This document shows positions 12,488 through 14,549 of a stretch of 14,549 bases of DNA, piece after piece. Each line of letters starts with the position of its first letter. Position 1 is the first letter of the stretch. Under the pieces are notes generated by a model. That model was not told the origin of the DNA, ran no database searches, and saw only the letters and a program-made list of their open reading frames with translations. Origin of the DNA: a virus; the IMG/VR virus record IMGVR_UViG_3300033402_000312. One strand, written 5' to 3'. Made by a program: the position numbers and the translations under genes.

Positions 12488-14253
12488 TCGTGGAACCCGC
12501 TGGCAGCGGCAGCCTTAGCCTTCGGCTTGCGGGAGCGCCTGATTGCCTTGGGCTTTTCGGGGACACCCGCAGCACGCCTGCTGTTTGTGTTCTTCATGTC
12601 GTTTTCGAAGTTCAGCGAGGCTGTCACGGCACGCTTGAGGTCTCCGATGTTGATCTCGCGGTCCTTGGACTTCGCGAGCGTCATCGCCATGCGAATCGAA
12701 TTCTTGATCTGGCGGCCGTTCACGTCGTAGGCGGAAAGCTCCGCAGCCCACTCCGGGTTGAGACCGGCAGCGCCAAGAAGATTCATCCACACCCTCTGCG
12801 CCTTGCCTTCTTTTTTGTAGTGCAGGGCGACGGAAATGCGGCTGTAGAACGCCTGGTCGATCTTCCGCACGCGGTTGGTCGTGAGGAAGAGCACGCCGTT
12901 GTGGTACTCAAGCAGGCGCAGGAACACGCCCACCATCGCGTTGCGCTCGATGTTGTGCTCGTCGCGCTCTTCGAGGAAGATGTCCGCCTCGTCAAGCAGC
13001 AGCACGGCGTCCCAGATGACGGCGACGTCAAGGATGTTGCGCAGCTTTTTCTCAAGCGTGTCCGTGCTGGTGCCAAGCTCGCCGACCCCCACGGAGTACA
13101 AAGGCTTGTGGAGAAGCTCCGCCACGGCTTCCGCCGAGGCGGTCTTGCCCCAGCCTGGGGGGCCGTGCAGCAGGAAGATCGTCCCGCCGCCCTTGCCTTC
13201 GATGATGTCGGTGAAGCCCGACCCGTGGAACTTGACGAGGGAGAAGATCAAGTCCTTCTTGTCCTCCTCCACGACGAGCCTGTCCCATGCGTCGTCGCGC
13301 CATTGGATGTCGGACATGCCATCGAGGTCGAGCCTGCCCCACTGCTTCACGGAGAGGGAAAACCCGTAAAGCTGCGGGAGGCAGCGCCAATAGTCCTTGT
13401 TGTCGATTGACGAGTTGCTGCGCGGCACGGCTCCCTGCCGCTCGGTTTCGATCTGGACGCCGCATGTGCTGATGCAGTTACGCCAGATTTCCGGCTCCTG
13501 GCGCTCGAACGAGACGGGGTCGATCACCACGCGGCCGTCGGCGCGGAACGTGCGGGTGTTCCACCAGCTAGGCTGCGTGAGCGTGCCCCTGTAGGCGACG
13601 TAAGTGCCTGGCTTGAGGAAGCGCATGAACTTCTTGCCGCGCTCGGCCAAGAACTTCTTGTCTTTCCCGGTCACGGGATGCACGGGAAGCTCGGCAAGCG
13701 GGACGAGGCCCCGGAATCCCAGCATCTGGTAGTTGTACAAGCCTTGCTGGATTTCGCCCTTCACGGCATGGACGACGCTGAGCGCGAACTGCCAATAGTT
13801 GCCAGCCCAAAAAGAACGCTGAAGTTTCACGGATTTGATGATGCCGCCGATCAGGCCCTCGTCTGTCGTCGCGACGACCTCGGTGCCAGCGGGAAACACG
13901 GTCTCGATGTCGCTCATCTCGACGACGCCCTTTTCCTTGCGTTGTTCGTAGGAGGTGATGCGGCGCTGCTTCTCTTCCCGCAGGATGGCGACAAGCGCAG
14001 GTCGGTACGGATGGTTGATATTATTGATAAGGTCAATATAGTCGGCGAGGAAGGAAACAGGGTAGCGGTGGCCAAAGTCATCGACCATCTCCTCCTCAAG
14101 CGAACAGGTCAAACAGGAATAGACATCCTCGCGCAAGTTCCCGTGTTTCGGGTCGCGCATGTCGATGAATTTTTGTCCCCGGTCTTCAAGTAGCTGGAAC
14201 CCGGTATTCTGAGAGATGATTATCGGCTTGTCACCATAGTACCCGTAGCTCAT
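12484..14253 (-). CDS. AAA+ ATPase (589 aa) with a ~330-aa N-terminal domain of unknown function and a basic C-terminal tail.
   Basis: Walker A is LLHGPPGWGKT and Walker B is VLLLDEADIFLEER. It also contains ...RNAMVGVFLRLLEYHNGVLFLTTNR...SRISVALHY, with sensor-1 N and an Arg-finger region typical of classic-clade AAA ATPases. The C-terminus is KPKAIRRSRKPKAKAAAA. The plus-strand ORFs 12490..13410 and 13678..14193 are antisense shadows. Confidence 0.85.
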   Translation of the reverse strand: MSYGYYGDKPIIISQNTGFQLLEDRGQKFIDMRDPKHGNLREDVYSCLTCSLEEEMVDDFGHRYPVSFLADYIDLINNINHPYRPALVAILREEKQRRITSYEQRKEKGVVEMSDIETVFPAGTEVVATTDEGLIGGIIKSVKLQRSFWAGNYWQFALSVVHAVKGEIQQGLYNYQMLGFRGLVPLAELPVHPVTGKDKKFLAERGKKFMRFLKPGTYVAYRGTLTQPSWWNTRTFRADGRVVIDPVSFERQEPEIWRNCISTCGVQIETERQGAVPRSNSSIDNKDYWRCLPQLYGFSLSVKQWGRLDLDGMSDIQWRDDAWDRLVVEEDKKDLIFSLVKFHGSGFTDIIEGKGGGTIFLLHGPPGWGKTASAEAVAELLHKPLYSVGVGELGTSTDTLEKKLRNILDVAVIWDAVLLLDEADIFLEERDEHNIERNAMVGVFLRLLEYHNGVLFLTTNRVRKIDQAFYSRISVALHYKKEGKAQRVWMNLLGAAGLNPEWAAELSAYDVNGRQIKNSIRMAMTLAKSKDREINIGDLKRAVTASLNFENDMKNTNSRRAAGVPEKPKAIRRSRKPKAKAAAASGFHE

Positions 14254-14302
14254 TTTTTTAGGAATCGCCCCCCAAAAAGGGTAGCTTAATTTCGCTAAGG
14301 GG

Positions 14303-14549
14303 TCAAGCCGTGGCCGCCGAGAACCAGTAGTTGTGCATCATCTTCAAGAACCCAGCGGAAATGTCCACGCTGTCCGGCAGCACTGCGTCTATGCCGCAGT
14401 ATGGGCAGAGGGCGGTTTCCCTTTGTCGATCCATTCCTTGATCTCGGAGGGCGGAAAGGTGCGCAGGCAGTAAAAGCAGCCCACCAGCTTGCTGCGCTCC
14501 ACCAAGGGCCGGTGAAGCGAGCAGTCGTGATGGGTGCTCTTGATGGTCT
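14303..14549 (-). CDS. Partial 3' end of a zinc-ribbon protein gene. The reading frame is split near 14389-14420, by a frameshift, a sequencing indel or overlapping small ORFs.
   Basis: One minus-strand frame reads ...HHDCSLHRPLVERSKLVGCFYCLRTFPPSEIKEWIDKGKPPSAHTAA* (TAG at 14389-14391). The frame displaced by -1 (one nucleotide 5') continues ...ETALCPYCGIDAVLPDSVDISAGFLKMMHNYWFSAATA* (TGA at 14303-14305). The CxxC pair in each half would together form one zinc ribbon. Confidence 0.4.
   Translation of the reverse strand, partial: DHQEHPSRLLASPALGGAQQAGGLLLLPAHLSALRDQGMDRQRETALCPYCGIDAVLPDSVDISAGFLKMMHNYWFSAATA

Noticed and set aside
12490-13410. Plus-strand 306-aa ORF and other plus- or minus-frame ORFs inside 12484-14253
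   Set aside because: These are shadows of the AAA+ ATPase gene, which has textbook Walker A/B motifs in the minus frame.

Overview
This window is GC-rich and almost every convincing gene is on the minus strand. Genes are tightly packed, with several ATGA or TAA-ATG stop/start junctions. That architecture, plus a contractile-tail sheath N-terminus, an intein, a free-standing GIY-YIG homing endonuclease, a tRNA-like gene and auxiliary metabolic genes, points to a large tailed (myovirus-type) phage or prophage late/structural region. In minus-strand (transcription) order the genes are:
- AAA+ ATPase with a large unknown N-terminal domain (12484-14253)
- two small membrane proteins (12326-12487 and 12106-12360)
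- possible MazG-like protein (11269-12063)
- two paralogous mini zinc-ribbon proteins (11077-11268 and 10844-11080)
- three-fold tandem HTH protein (10008-10796)
- two small proteins (9813-9992 and 9440-9802)
- adenylate kinase (8871-9437)
- 68-aa hypothetical protein (8668-8874)
- 317-aa hypothetical protein (7639-8592)
- AT-rich island with a GIY-YIG homing endonuclease (6824-7555)
- third zinc-ribbon paralog (6657-6815)
- 784-aa protein interrupted by a ~350-aa LAGLIDADG intein (4306-6660, intein 5047-6096)
- opposite-strand tRNA-like gene with a non-canonical anticodon loop (4215-4287, + strand)
- 176-aa and 98-aa proteins (3562-4092 and 3259-3555)
- 632-aa hypothetical protein (1335-3233)
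- FmdB-type zinc ribbon (978-1328)
- N-terminal ~297 aa of a tail-sheath-like protein (1-893, partial)

The plus-strand ORFs in the supplied track are almost all antisense shadows of these genes. Three to four small genes under 60 aa are missing from the track and were found by hand. All product assignments come from motif recognition by eye; no database search was possible.
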